A stretch of DNA of 60,032 bases from a virus. Its lineage: Duplodnaviria; Caudoviricetes. Location of the stretch: positions 1 to 60,032 of the IMG/VR virus record IMGVR_UViG_3300024259_000033. One strand, 5' to 3'. The notes beneath the pieces were generated by a model that was not told the origin of the DNA, did not search any database, and saw nothing but the letters and a program-made list of their open reading frames with translations. Made by a program: the position numbers and the translations under genes. The stretch's first letter is position 1. The number at the start of each line of letters is the position of its first letter. Below are positions 1-11,300 of the stretch, piece after piece.

Positions 1-1167
1 TAATATTTCAGTTATAACTGGCAAAGTATTTTTTTGAACTTCATCAGTTAATGTTTCTGAATTTCCCCAATCATCTGTTGCATATATATCATATATTAAA
101 CTATCTCCTTCTACAAAACTAGAAGAATCAAAATCATATGTATTTGTTGTTAATACTTCATCTATTACTAAACTATCTCTAGCATTTTTATATCCTTTCA
201 ATATATATGAAACTTCAGACGTACCAGTTGGAAAACTACCATCGTGAGTAGCTACAGGCCAATCTATAGTAATTTCATCTGCTGTACTTACAACTATACC
301 AGTTGGTGTTACAGTCCCTTGTAAAACAGGAACTTCATTAATAGTATGTGCTACAGAATATATATCTATATTAGAATCTCCACCTATTGCAGAATTAGCT
401 CTTACTTTATATTGTACTACATCCCCTTCAGAATAAGTGTTAGGTATAACTGCTGCATTTGTCTCGACAGTATCACGCAATGTATAAATACCATCATTTA
501 TTTTTTCATATATATAATATTCATCTACTGTATTAAGTTCTATAAAAGGTTCTGGGAATGATAAATTTATATCTTCAACACTATCATTAATAATTAAACC
601 ATTTTTATCTATTTCATTATCTACATCAACTGTTACAACGTCTGTTTCTTCAAATGTTGGTATTGTTATAGCATCTCTATAATATATATATAAAATTGGT
701 TCTTGACTAGGATTATTTGTGCCTTCTAATCGTGTATAATTAACATAGGCATAGCTAGATGTATATATAGCAAACCCTGTTAAATTACTATTATTTAAAA
801 TATCCGTTAATATGCCATTAGTTAAAGCATTATGTTGTCTATTACCACTATATGGTAAAGAAAAAGTACCATACAAATTTCCTAATGAAGGAGTAACACC
901 AGGAGCTGTTAATAAACCATATACATATAAATTCGTATTAGAACCTTGACCTGCGGCAGTTCTTGCACAAGCAAGACTTACACCAGTGATAATTTTATCA
1001 CTTAAACTAGAGCGAATATCTGCTAAATCAAACCACATACAACCAGTTTGTAATGAATCTACACCATCATAACTACCTTGTATTGGTTCTTCATTAAAAC
1101 CACTTCTCCAACTACTATTTCTATATACTCCTATACCAGTAGCATATTTATATGTCCATCCTGTCAT
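1..1167 (-). CDS. Tail-associated/receptor-binding structural protein with Ig/Fn3-like beta-rich segments (3' end runs off the window)
   Basis: Not in the ORF track because it is truncated. ATG at 1167 has a GGAGG RBS, and the frame stays open to position 1 (MTGWTYKYATGIGVYRNSSW...QYKVRANSAIGG...IYATDDWGNS). It directly follows the 1953-aa baseplate gene. Confidence 0.7.
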   Translation of the reverse strand, partial: MTGWTYKYATGIGVYRNSSWRSGFNEEPIQGSYDGVDSLQTGCMWFDLADIRSSLSDKIITGVSLACARTAAGQGSNTNLYVYGLLTAPGVTPSLGNLYGTFSLPYSGNRQHNALTNGILTDILNNSNLTGFAIYTSSYAYVNYTRLEGTNNPSQEPILYIYYRDAITIPTFEETDVVTVDVDNEIDKNGLIINDSVEDINLSFPEPFIELNTVDEYYIYEKINDGIYTLRDTVETNAAVIPNTYSEGDVVQYKVRANSAIGGDSNIDIYSVAHTINEVPVLQGTVTPTGIVVSTADEITIDWPVATHDGSFPTGTSEVSYILKGYKNARDSLVIDEVLTTNTYDFDSSSFVEGDSLIYDIYATDDWGNSETLTDEVQKNTLPVITEIL

Positions 1168-1175
1168 TATTCCTC

Positions 1176-4100
1176 CTATATTACGATATCAATTCCGTAA
1201 TCGTCCGCTCCTTTCGTTCCTACTTCAATAACCTTTACATCTCCAAGTATCAATCCTACTTGTAACGAAGATCCTTCTTTTTTATTTATTGTTATACTAC
1301 CGCCAACTTCAAGTGCACTAGTAGGTTCTTCTATATTTATTCCAACTTTAACACTATGAGTATCTTCGCTGTCTTCAAATACAATAACATTATTGCCACT
1401 ATTACTAATATGTATTCTTAAATAATCATATACACCATTATTAGCAATATTTATTCCACTTAATACATCTTGTGTATAAGCTGAAGATTCAAATAATAGA
1501 TAATCTTCTGAAGCACTTTTAATTGTTGGTTTTGTAAAACTTATTGATTCACCAGTAATTATCATCCCTTGAGAAAGCGTATCACCATATAACATTATAT
1601 GAAGATTATCAACAGTCATTCTTTTTCCAGAATTAACAGTTGATAAATATGGAAAACTATCTCTTGTATAGACAGTATCTGGTCCAACTATTTCAGAAGT
1701 AGCATTTGGAAATACTCTCAATCCACCATGGAATAAACTAAATCCATCTTCATCTGAAACACTAATTAAATCACTTAATTTTACACTTAAACCTTCTACT
1801 TCAGGATTATTACTATCAGCAGCTTCACCATCAGATTGAAAAGCACTATAAAATTTTTGTGGTATATTATCATCTATTCCAGTACCACTATCATCATCTC
1901 TATCAATAATCAACCCAGCTATTGCTAAAGTACCAGAAAAGGTACTATCTTCTGTAGCATGTATACTACCAGAGAAAGTTCCACTAGAAGCATATAAATC
2001 TCCACCTTGTGTTATTCTAAATGGAGCATTTTCTTTATTATCAGGATTTGTTCCTGCCCAAATACGGATATCGCTATCTGTATCTCCATCATCAGTCATT
2101 CCCGCATTTGGTAAATATAATTTACCTTTTAAATATACACTATCACTATATAATCCATATCCACTTAAAGTACCAAATCCATTAATACTATCTACAATAC
2201 CAGATAGGTTTCCTAAACGTGTTATTGAATTAGTATCTTGTGTTTCGAAGATATCAATAAATGGCCCATTAGCATCTTCTGCAGAAAGTCTGATTCCACA
2301 ACTACCTGTTTGACCAGCATTAACGACCATTGAATTTTGTAATAGATAATAACTATCATAATCTTCAGTCGTACTTAATGAAATAGTAATAGTTCCTTCT
2401 GTATCATTTTTATTTATAATAATACCATCTAAAATTTCTTCAGTTATTACTGATAAAGTATCTTGTAATATTGCTTGTATTTTAACTTGTGCATCAGTAG
2501 TCCATAAAGAATTATTTGTATTAGCTAATTCTATAATTAATTCATTGTTTATAATTAATACATTATTTTGAACTATAAAAGCTGGTGATACATATAATTC
2601 ACCACCAATCGAATTTATTTTTTCATATTCAAATACTGCAGCTTTTAGTTCACCACGTATTGTTGCATTACTAAATTCAGTACTACCATCAGCACTTATA
2701 CGCCATCCAGACACATTTGAAATATAATTAGTAGAACCAATATATCCTAAAGTATCTCCTCCAGCATTAGCAATAGTAATATCACCCACCGATAATGAAC
2801 CTGTTAATGCAGCACTATCAGCTTCTAATGCTCCTGTTAAAACTAAACTATTAGTATATAACATTCCATCATCATATAATCTAAAATCTGCTGTATTATA
2901 ATTACTATCTGAAGCACCAGACCATAATCTTAAATTTGCACCCGTTATAGGATCTAAGAAAATACTATCTTGCCCAATTAGACCTGTGTTATAATAGCTA
3001 CCAGAAATTTGTTCTCCAAGATACATATTACCATATATCCAAGCATTTTCATCTAATTCTATAGAACTACTAAAGATCTTTCCTTGTTTATTAATATAAA
3101 ATTTACTTGTTGTAGGATCGAATAAAGCAGGTGCTACTGGCTCAATACCATTAATCCAAAATACTATTGTATTTTCATCATTATAAACTAATCCAGCTTG
3201 ATATTCTTCACCAATAAATAATTCTGTTAATGTACCACTTATAACATTAATATTACCTGTAATATCAACATTATTTGCAGTTAATAATCCGCCACCTGTA
3301 ATTTGTAAAGCAGCAGAAGTTTTATCATATACATCATTTTCATTTGGAGCACCAGCCCATATTACAACTTCTTCTTCCAAATCAGTTTCAATTGTACCAC
3401 CATAAAAGCCAATATATCCATTAACTCCTATAGTTAAAATTTCTTCTATAGAACCACTATTTGCATGTATAATACCATTAAAAGTACCATCAGTTGCAGT
3501 GATACTACCAGTAATAATAGCATTACTAGCTATTAAACTACCATCTTGTTTAACAATAAATGGAGAATCTGTATAATCATATTCTTCTCCTACATAACTG
3601 GCACCAACCCATAATCGTATAGATTCATCTTCTGCACCCGCCCCTGTTAAACCAGCATTATTATCATCAGTTCCTACTTGTATTGTTTGAGAAAGTAATA
3701 AATTACCATCACTAGTAGATCTTAAGGTAATATCCCCATTCTCATCTAAAAGTTGCATACCATAATAAGTAACAGCATCAACATCAAATTGTCCAATTTG
3801 TAATCTTAATTCATCATCTTTATATATCATAAGTCCATCTGTCGAACTTAATTGTACTACATCTCCTTGAAAGCCTAATGTTAATCCATCCCAATCTAAT
3901 TTTAAATCATAAACTGGATCTCCACCAACATCTACACTTCTTGAGAAACCTAACCCTTCTTCATTAAACTTAATCCATTTAGTAAAATCAGTATCTCCAC
4001 CCGCAGTCTGAGCGAAAGCAAATAATCCTTCATCATTCCAAGTAAATCTTACTTGATTCCCAGAATAAATATTTACTTTACTAACATCTAGTTGTCCTAA

Positions 4101-7037
4101 TGTCATAAGAGAAGCATTAATACCTTTAGGAGTAACGCCTGTATGCCATATACGATTACCTGTTTCGACATCTATACTATCTGATAAAAAGATACCTCCA
4201 CCAATAATCGAAACCATACCTGTGACACCATTCGCATAAGGATAAGTATTCTCAATTTGAAGACCATCATTATCCATTGACATATTAGAAGCAATACCTG
4301 TTCTAAAAGCTATATCATTTTCATCTAAACTAGCTTGTAAAATAGAAGTATCAATTTGATGCAATGGTGTAATGGCAGTAGCCGCTCTCTCATAAGATGA
4401 CCCTCTAGTTTTAATTGTCTCACCAGCGGCAACCATACGTTTAAATAAATCTTCAAACTTTGTTTTATAATTTTGTATCGTTATTTTTGTATCTTTAGGT
4501 GAATCTAAATTGCTTTGTATTGATGAAATTAAACCTTTAACTCCATTAAAATGCAATTCATTATCGTTTATTCTAACTATCTGCCCAACTGAAGGAGTGT
4601 AATGTTCTTTGTCTGTAAAGCTAGAAATATCATGCACATCTACTTTATAACTTACATTAGGTACTGAAGAATTTAACATTACATCTACAGCATCTAAGTA
4701 AAATTGTGTAACAGCACGATTAGTTTTATAAGTTACATCATATGTATTATCTACATAAGTAACATTATTATTAATTTTTAATGTGACATAAAAGCCACCA
4801 TCCACACGACTAATATTATAATCATTAAATTCACTAACTGTATCAGTATTCAAAACATCATTATGCTCTACAGTAATTGAGGAAGAAATGATATTGGTAT
4901 CACTAATTAAAATACGTTTTGTATTTAATGTATAAGCTGTAGTTGGAGCAATTGTTACCGCAGAATTAACATTTGTATCACCAATTTTAAATACATGGTC
5001 TGTTAATGTTAAATTCTTATCTAATAATACTACAATAGGGTAAGATTGTACTGCATGATATTTAATGCAAACTTTATAATGAGCATCAAATAAAAATGTT
5101 TTTACATGCTCTACCCCATCAATATCTGTCCAAGTATCAGTGATTATTAAATCTTCAGGATCGAATATATCATCTACAAACATACCATCGAGAGAGATAT
5201 AAGGATAATATACTTGTGTTAATTCAACACCACTATAGTAAAATGGTTCAAACTCTCCAAGCAAAACATTAGTATCTTCTAATGCGGCAATAGTGTCACT
5301 ATTATTTACTGGGCTCACACTATAATCACTACTCTGCCATGAACCTTCCTTTAGATAATAACCCATGTCATTATCAAAAGCAGTAATAAGTGTTTCTTTC
5401 TCTGAAATTAGAGTGTCGTACTCAGCATCATAATATTTGATTTTAGCATAGACTTCACCATCAACTGCGGCAGAATCTGTTGTATCGCCTAATATGATAT
5501 TAACTGTTTCTATTTGAGTTATTAAAGATTCTAATAAGTCAGTATAAGTTGTTAATTGATTATTATAATAAGAAAATAAGTCATATGTGTAAGTTAAATG
5601 TACATAATCATCTTCTGATACTCCAGCAACACCTATTTTTAATATATAACCATATTCATCTAATATTTTAAAACCAGTATTAATTGTGCCTTCTTCTATT
5701 GTAACAGTATCATTTATAGCGCCTTGTTTTATAGGTTCTACATATAAAGTACCATCTTCTGATTTAACCTGAACTAACTCTTTTGTTTGTGTTAAAATAT
5801 GAGTATCTAAAGATGCATCTATTGTTGCTACTTTATCATTTGAATCATTTATAACATCTTGTGCGGCAACCCTTCTATCTTGCAAACTAGCTAATTCAGT
5901 TTCTTTTTTTATTCTAGTATTATCTACGTCATAATAATTATTTAAGTTCGTAGCAATAGCTAAATTCTTAGTACGTAAAGCAGTCTCAAAAACAATTACA
6001 TTACTATATTTTTCATAAGATAACAATCCTGTTTCATATAAATAATCAAAATTCAAAATGAAGTTATCAGCATTTAAGTTTGCATCTGCATTTGCTATAG
6101 CAATATATCCATCATCTGCATATTGACTCTCTATAGGTTCAACATACATTTTTGTAATTAAGTTTTTTGATTCAATTGTTTTAGATAGACTTTTCAAATT
6201 AGAACGATAATTAATTTCTAATTCACTATCTGTTAAATTATCTATTTTATAAATAACCTCTCTTCCTGTTATAAAGAAAGGTTTATTCGTATTTTCATAT
6301 TTATAAATATATTGAGGAAATACTTGAAAAGCCTCAGCAATATCTTGTGTAATATTATATTTATTACTATTCGATATTTGTAAGAATCTTTCTTTCTGAA
6401 TTAGAGAAGACTGTCCTCCTGAAATATACTCATCGCCATCTAGAACCCAGCTGGTGTTATAGGTCTTCTCATAAATAACGTCGTCATCTCCATTGAGATT
6501 ACTTATATCGACACTATAAGACCATTTGTCACCAGTGGGAAATACACGGTCTAACCAAAAATTAATATTTGGAGTAATTGTAGATTCAGTTTCTTCTTCT
6601 TCTAATAATAATATATCTTCATTTAAAGTTAATTGTTTGCCAATTTTACTTAGTTCGTAAACAGCTAGACTTTCACACTCTACCTTCATAATTAATTGTA
6701 AATTCTTACGCTCTTCTGAAATTTTAGAAACGACGAATTCAAAGATTTCCTGTGTAGAGGTTGACTTGTCATAAATAACTTTAATTTTTTGTTCATTAAG
6801 TAGCTGACGTAATTCATCAGTTTTACTATACCATAGTGGGTTTTCAATAAAATCTTGTGTTGTATTATCATAATATTTTAATGGTATACTAAAAGCAAAT
6901 TTAATTTGACCATTTATATTATTTGTTAAAATTGGATTTGTAATTTGTCCTTTGAACTCTATTTCAGAATTTCCTAAAACATGAAGTAATATATCTTCAT
7001 GAGTCCAAAGTGATATTTCATATCTACGTTTCTCCAT
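1176..7037 (-). CDS. Baseplate hub/Tal-like protein fused to a central tail fibre/spike (1953 aa)
   Basis: Follows TMP and Dit. N-terminal hub-like region, a coiled coil, then Gly-rich beta repeats. About five copies of a '(I/L)RLWxG...apFxvxxdGxlxas' motif. Confidence 0.75.
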   Translation of the reverse strand: MEKRRYEISLWTHEDILLHVLGNSEIEFKGQITNPILTNNINGQIKFAFSIPLKYYDNTTQDFIENPLWYSKTDELRQLLNEQKIKVIYDKSTSTQEIFEFVVSKISEERKNLQLIMKVECESLAVYELSKIGKQLTLNEDILLLEEEETESTITPNINFWLDRVFPTGDKWSYSVDISNLNGDDDVIYEKTYNTSWVLDGDEYISGGQSSLIQKERFLQISNSNKYNITQDIAEAFQVFPQYIYKYENTNKPFFITGREVIYKIDNLTDSELEINYRSNLKSLSKTIESKNLITKMYVEPIESQYADDGYIAIANADANLNADNFILNFDYLYETGLLSYEKYSNVIVFETALRTKNLAIATNLNNYYDVDNTRIKKETELASLQDRRVAAQDVINDSNDKVATIDASLDTHILTQTKELVQVKSEDGTLYVEPIKQGAINDTVTIEEGTINTGFKILDEYGYILKIGVAGVSEDDYVHLTYTYDLFSYYNNQLTTYTDLLESLITQIETVNIILGDTTDSAAVDGEVYAKIKYYDAEYDTLISEKETLITAFDNDMGYYLKEGSWQSSDYSVSPVNNSDTIAALEDTNVLLGEFEPFYYSGVELTQVYYPYISLDGMFVDDIFDPEDLIITDTWTDIDGVEHVKTFLFDAHYKVCIKYHAVQSYPIVVLLDKNLTLTDHVFKIGDTNVNSAVTIAPTTAYTLNTKRILISDTNIISSSITVEHNDVLNTDTVSEFNDYNISRVDGGFYVTLKINNNVTYVDNTYDVTYKTNRAVTQFYLDAVDVMLNSSVPNVSYKVDVHDISSFTDKEHYTPSVGQIVRINDNELHFNGVKGLISSIQSNLDSPKDTKITIQNYKTKFEDLFKRMVAAGETIKTRGSSYERAATAITPLHQIDTSILQASLDENDIAFRTGIASNMSMDNDGLQIENTYPYANGVTGMVSIIGGGIFLSDSIDVETGNRIWHTGVTPKGINASLMTLGQLDVSKVNIYSGNQVRFTWNDEGLFAFAQTAGGDTDFTKWIKFNEEGLGFSRSVDVGGDPVYDLKLDWDGLTLGFQGDVVQLSSTDGLMIYKDDELRLQIGQFDVDAVTYYGMQLLDENGDITLRSTSDGNLLLSQTIQVGTDDNNAGLTGAGAEDESIRLWVGASYVGEEYDYTDSPFIVKQDGSLIASNAIITGSITATDGTFNGIIHANSGSIEEILTIGVNGYIGFYGGTIETDLEEEVVIWAGAPNENDVYDKTSAALQITGGGLLTANNVDITGNINVISGTLTELFIGEEYQAGLVYNDENTIVFWINGIEPVAPALFDPTTSKFYINKQGKIFSSSIELDENAWIYGNMYLGEQISGSYYNTGLIGQDSIFLDPITGANLRLWSGASDSNYNTADFRLYDDGMLYTNSLVLTGALEADSAALTGSLSVGDITIANAGGDTLGYIGSTNYISNVSGWRISADGSTEFSNATIRGELKAAVFEYEKINSIGGELYVSPAFIVQNNVLIINNELIIELANTNNSLWTTDAQVKIQAILQDTLSVITEEILDGIIINKNDTEGTITISLSTTEDYDSYYLLQNSMVVNAGQTGSCGIRLSAEDANGPFIDIFETQDTNSITRLGNLSGIVDSINGFGTLSGYGLYSDSVYLKGKLYLPNAGMTDDGDTDSDIRIWAGTNPDNKENAPFRITQGGDLYASSGTFSGSIHATEDSTFSGTLAIAGLIIDRDDDSGTGIDDNIPQKFYSAFQSDGEAADSNNPEVEGLSVKLSDLISVSDEDGFSLFHGGLRVFPNATSEIVGPDTVYTRDSFPYLSTVNSGKRMTVDNLHIMLYGDTLSQGMIITGESISFTKPTIKSASEDYLLFESSAYTQDVLSGINIANNGVYDYLRIHISNSGNNVIVFEDSEDTHSVKVGINIEEPTSALEVGGSITINKKEGSSLQVGLILGDVKVIEVGTKGADDYGIDIVI

Positions 7038-7048
7038 GTTCCCTCCTT

Positions 7049-8299
7049 TTATATATAACTATATTGATATGTGATTTCTAAAGCATTAAGAGTACGATCA
7101 CATGTAAATTCTTGTGTATCTAATTCATAGCCGCTATTGTCATAATATCCCAATCCTGTATCAAGAAGTAGGAATTCACCATTATGTACATCACTAATCA
7201 AAGCAGATACCGCCGTTGCAGCAACTATTTCTGTATCTATATCATCTGCAATTCTAGGTGTTGTCCCTTCCATTGTACATTCTATGTTATTACTATCTAA
7301 TAATATAGTCCATGTTGTTGTTACTAAAGCTTCTATACTATCTAACTTATCATCATATGAAAAATCACCTGTGACAGTTGCATTAACTATTAATAATATT
7401 GATTCTTTTACTTCAGAGTCTAGGTTTTCTCTTAGATCGTCCATTACAGCATCTTTGTTTGCATCCCATGTCACATCAGTATAATTTCCTAATATATCTA
7501 GTGCATAGTCAGCATCCGTGAATATACGTGGCTGACTTAAAATAATTTCTTTACTATTTTTATCATTTGTAATTGTATAATCTGTCCATGTTAATACGTG
7601 GTCAGTAAAGCTAGGTGTTAAAGTGAATTGTAGATTTGCTTTTGCTATATTAGTACCCGCATTATACATAATAAAACTAGTAGTATTAACTGGGTCTAAA
7701 TTTTTAACCTGACTCACAAAATTCCCTTCGGGTATAAATACATTTGCTGGCAACCAAGTTAATAATGGTATGCGAGATTGTAAAAACCAACTTCTATCCG
7801 CTAATACATTATCATCTGCAAAGTAGCTATAATCAGTATAGGCTTTAGGATCATATGCAATAAAGTTTAATGTCATATCACCAGCGTATTTGACCTCATC
7901 AAATGTTCTAGCACCAATAGTAGTTTCCGTATCAAATGGCGTAAATGTACCTTGTATTTTATTAGCTAATACAACATAATAATATTTATAATCAGTTTCA
8001 TAAAAAGTTAATTTACCTACCTTACCAACACTAAAATGCTGTATAAAATCAGATAATTGTAATCCAGTCATGCCATCTGTTCCTATTTTGATTTGAAACG
8101 TTTGTTCCTTTATTGTACTACCCCAATATTCACTTTCATTTTTACCAGCAATTTGAGTTGCTATATTGGTAAATTGCGGTGTAATTATAAAAGGTAGGCG
8201 ACTACCATTTAAGATACCCGCCAAACCAAATTCAGTAATACTACGTTCATCAAAAGAGAAATCAATAAATTCTTGATTTTGAATTCCTGTTAAATCCAT
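7049..8299 (-). CDS. Distal tail protein (Dit)
   Basis: Immediately downstream of the tape measure gene. N-terminus DFSFDERSITEFGL...IAGKNESEYWGSTIKEQTF and LNFIAYDPKAY are typical of siphophage Dit. Confidence 0.75.
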   Translation of the reverse strand: MDLTGIQNQEFIDFSFDERSITEFGLAGILNGSRLPFIITPQFTNIATQIAGKNESEYWGSTIKEQTFQIKIGTDGMTGLQLSDFIQHFSVGKVGKLTFYETDYKYYYVVLANKIQGTFTPFDTETTIGARTFDEVKYAGDMTLNFIAYDPKAYTDYSYFADDNVLADRSWFLQSRIPLLTWLPANVFIPEGNFVSQVKNLDPVNTTSFIMYNAGTNIAKANLQFTLTPSFTDHVLTWTDYTITNDKNSKEIILSQPRIFTDADYALDILGNYTDVTWDANKDAVMDDLRENLDSEVKESILLIVNATVTGDFSYDDKLDSIEALVTTTWTILLDSNNIECTMEGTTPRIADDIDTEIVAATAVSALISDVHNGEFLLLDTGLGYYDNSGYELDTQEFTCDRTLNALEITYQYSYI

Positions 8300-8308
8300 T
8301 CTTCCCTC

Positions 8309-11300
8309 CTATAAGCTACGAGTAACTACTCGATTACCAGTGCTTTCAGCAACTTCTAATAAAGTTTCTTTTAGCTTGTCTGTTATATTTTCAACATCAT
8401 AATCATTTGCAATATTTGCATTTTCAAATATAATATCTATGTCTAATGTTGTTCCACCAATATTTTTCGCATTTGCTAAATATTTGGTAGCGTTTGCTAA
8501 TTGTTCAAATAATTGACCTTGTTTATCTAAAGCCTGACCATTTAAATAATCTATATTAGTAGAATCATATCCTATTGCATTTTGCGGTGATAAATCTGTT
8601 TTTATGTCCTCTATTCCTTTTGTGCCAAAACTACGTAACCATTCAACAAATTTCTGAAAAATACTTGTTTCTCGTGAATTAAGTACTGTCTCAGGTTTAT
8701 CTTTAGTTCCATGCAACATAGCAAATCCAGTTTTATCTACTAAACCACCTTCTTTATATCCATATATCTTAAATTTTTCTTTAGTGTTAGGACCAACTAT
8801 TCCATCTGCCGAAACATTATTGTCTCTTTGGAATCGTTTAACTGAACCTAATGTTTCACTACCAAAATCACCATCTGCACCATAACGAGGTAAGTCATAA
8901 CCTAGTGCTATTAATGCTTTTTGTAATGCTGTTACACTAGCACCTTTTTGACCTGACTTAATCAATCCACTCAATGATGATACTTGTCCTTCACCAGAGG
9001 GTCTTCCACCAGTAGCAGGTGGATCAACAATAATACTAGGATCATTAGATTCATCGCGAGGGTCGTTTTTATCTTTGGCATTTTTTTCTGCATCATCAAA
9101 TGCAGTGCCATCCATAAGTGCTTTAGCTGCTTCAATTGTCTTGCGTAGATTTTTTAAATACTCTTCTTGCTGTTTAGCACTTAACTCCAAGTATTCTTGA
9201 GAATTAGTTTTAATAAAGTCTAAAATCATTTCATCAGTTTGAGTCATTAAATTATAAACTTCATTCCAATATAATTCCATATTATCTTCTTTTAAACCAC
9301 GTAATTCTTCCAATTGGTCTATTTGATCTTGAATAGCATCCTGTTCCGCACTAGAAGCTTCACGAATACGATCTATTTCATCTTGTCTAGTTGTATCGCT
9401 AAGCTCTTCCTGCTTGTCCTTTAATTGTTGTTCTAAATCAGCAACCTCTTTTGCATATTTACCAGAGGTATCTCTTTTTAATAATGCTAGGCGTTTTTCT
9501 AAATCATTTTGCTCATCTTGAGAACGTTGTTTACTTCTCATATTTTGCTCTTTTTCTAAAGAGGATTCTAATGAACTTAGATATTTCTCATTTGATTCTT
9601 CGCGCATAGCTAATTCTTTTTCAAGAATTTTAATTTTTTCTTGCTCTGCATCTTTTAAAGCAGATAATACTTGTTGCTCTGCCTCAATTTGCATTTCAGT
9701 TAGCTCTTGCAAGTTAGCTGCTTGTTGATTAATTAAATCTTCTAATGCATCTGATAGTTCACTAACAGAATCAAATAATTCTACATACTCATCTATTGCT
9801 TTTTGTATACCATCACCAAGTTCTTGATTACCGCCAGTTGCTTCCATAATTGCATCATAATCTATTTGTAATGTATCACCTACAAAGTATAAGTATCTAC
9901 CATACTCTGCATTTAATTCACCTTTTAAATTTTTTAGATATTCTTGTTGTGCTTCAAGAAGTTCACGTTTTAGTTTTTCTTGTTCTTGAAGACGAATATT
10001 CTCTTCAAGTAAAGAAGCAGCATAAGCACGACCACCACTAATATTTTTACGTTTAGCCTGTAAATTACTAATCTCTTGTTCTAATGTGGCAATACGTTTT
10101 AAATAATTAAACCATTTATCTAATTCTAATAAATATTCTTTAGCAGCATCTGAGCCTCCACTACCAGAACCTTCCTTTGTTAAATCGCTAAGGTCTAGTT
10201 CTTTTAGTGCTTGTAAAGCAAGCATTTGACCATTGATACTACCTATTGCCTCACCTATTCCACCCAACTCTTTAATCGCTAGAGCAAAAAGTGAATCATC
10301 AATTGTTACAGATTCGCCAAATAATCCTTCAAGTGGTGTACCGACATATCCTCCAGAAGCAGACCAAGATTCATCTATAGCAGAGCCGTCAAACCTAGGT
10401 TGTGCAGGAAGTGAGATAACTGTACCATCTTGCATTGCAACAATTTGTCTTGCAGCTATATTAGCTGATCTTGCTATGCTATAATATCCAGCTACTACTT
10501 TCTTAGCATTTGCTAAAGCAGTTTTAGTTGCTAAAACATCAGCATCCAAACGGTTATTAGTAGAGATTTCTAAATTAGTATTTTCGTTATCTAATTTATC
10601 TAAATAAGCTTGTAAATACTCATCTTGATTCGCTATCCCCGCTTCATCTAATTCTTTTAATATAGCAGTTTTTGCATTAGCTACTGTAACTTCATGTTCG
10701 GCTAGCGCTGTAGCCATCTTTGCCTTTTCATTTCCAGTTAATCTACTATTTGTTAATTCTGCTTTTATTGCTTCATATTGACCAACTAATACAGCACGTC
10801 TAGCCTTTAATTCTATAATTGCACTTTCTATAGCCGCATCACTTTTTATTTCTTCACCATTCATGAAAGATTTAACAACTGCTTCATCTAATTTAATTTG
10901 TCCATCGGCAGTCTTTTTAGCATTTTTTAATATCCCAGGATATTCCTGTGCATATTCTAATGCTGCTTTTGCACCAAGAACATTTTTAGAATTTGATATT
11001 TCTTGTAATTTAGTAACTTTTTCTAGACTTTTAGAATAATCATCAATAGAGCTTTGAATAACTTTAAATGGATCAAAGATTTCAAAATTCATTGTATCAT
11101 TAAATACTTTTGCTTCTTCAACCATAAACCCTAATTCATTCTTTGCCTGTTCGAGTACTAATATTAAACTAGAACCTACATCACTTTTAGCAAATGTTTC
11201 ATGATCCTCTTCGGTTGCCCCATCAAGTATATCTATTTCTTTTTCTAAATTAGCTACAGTCTCTTCTTGTTCAGTTATCATATATTGTCTTTTCTGATTT

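Noticed and set aside
1-7037. Diversity-generating retroelement acting on tail proteins
   Set aside because: No reverse transcriptase and no TR/VR pair seen in the window.
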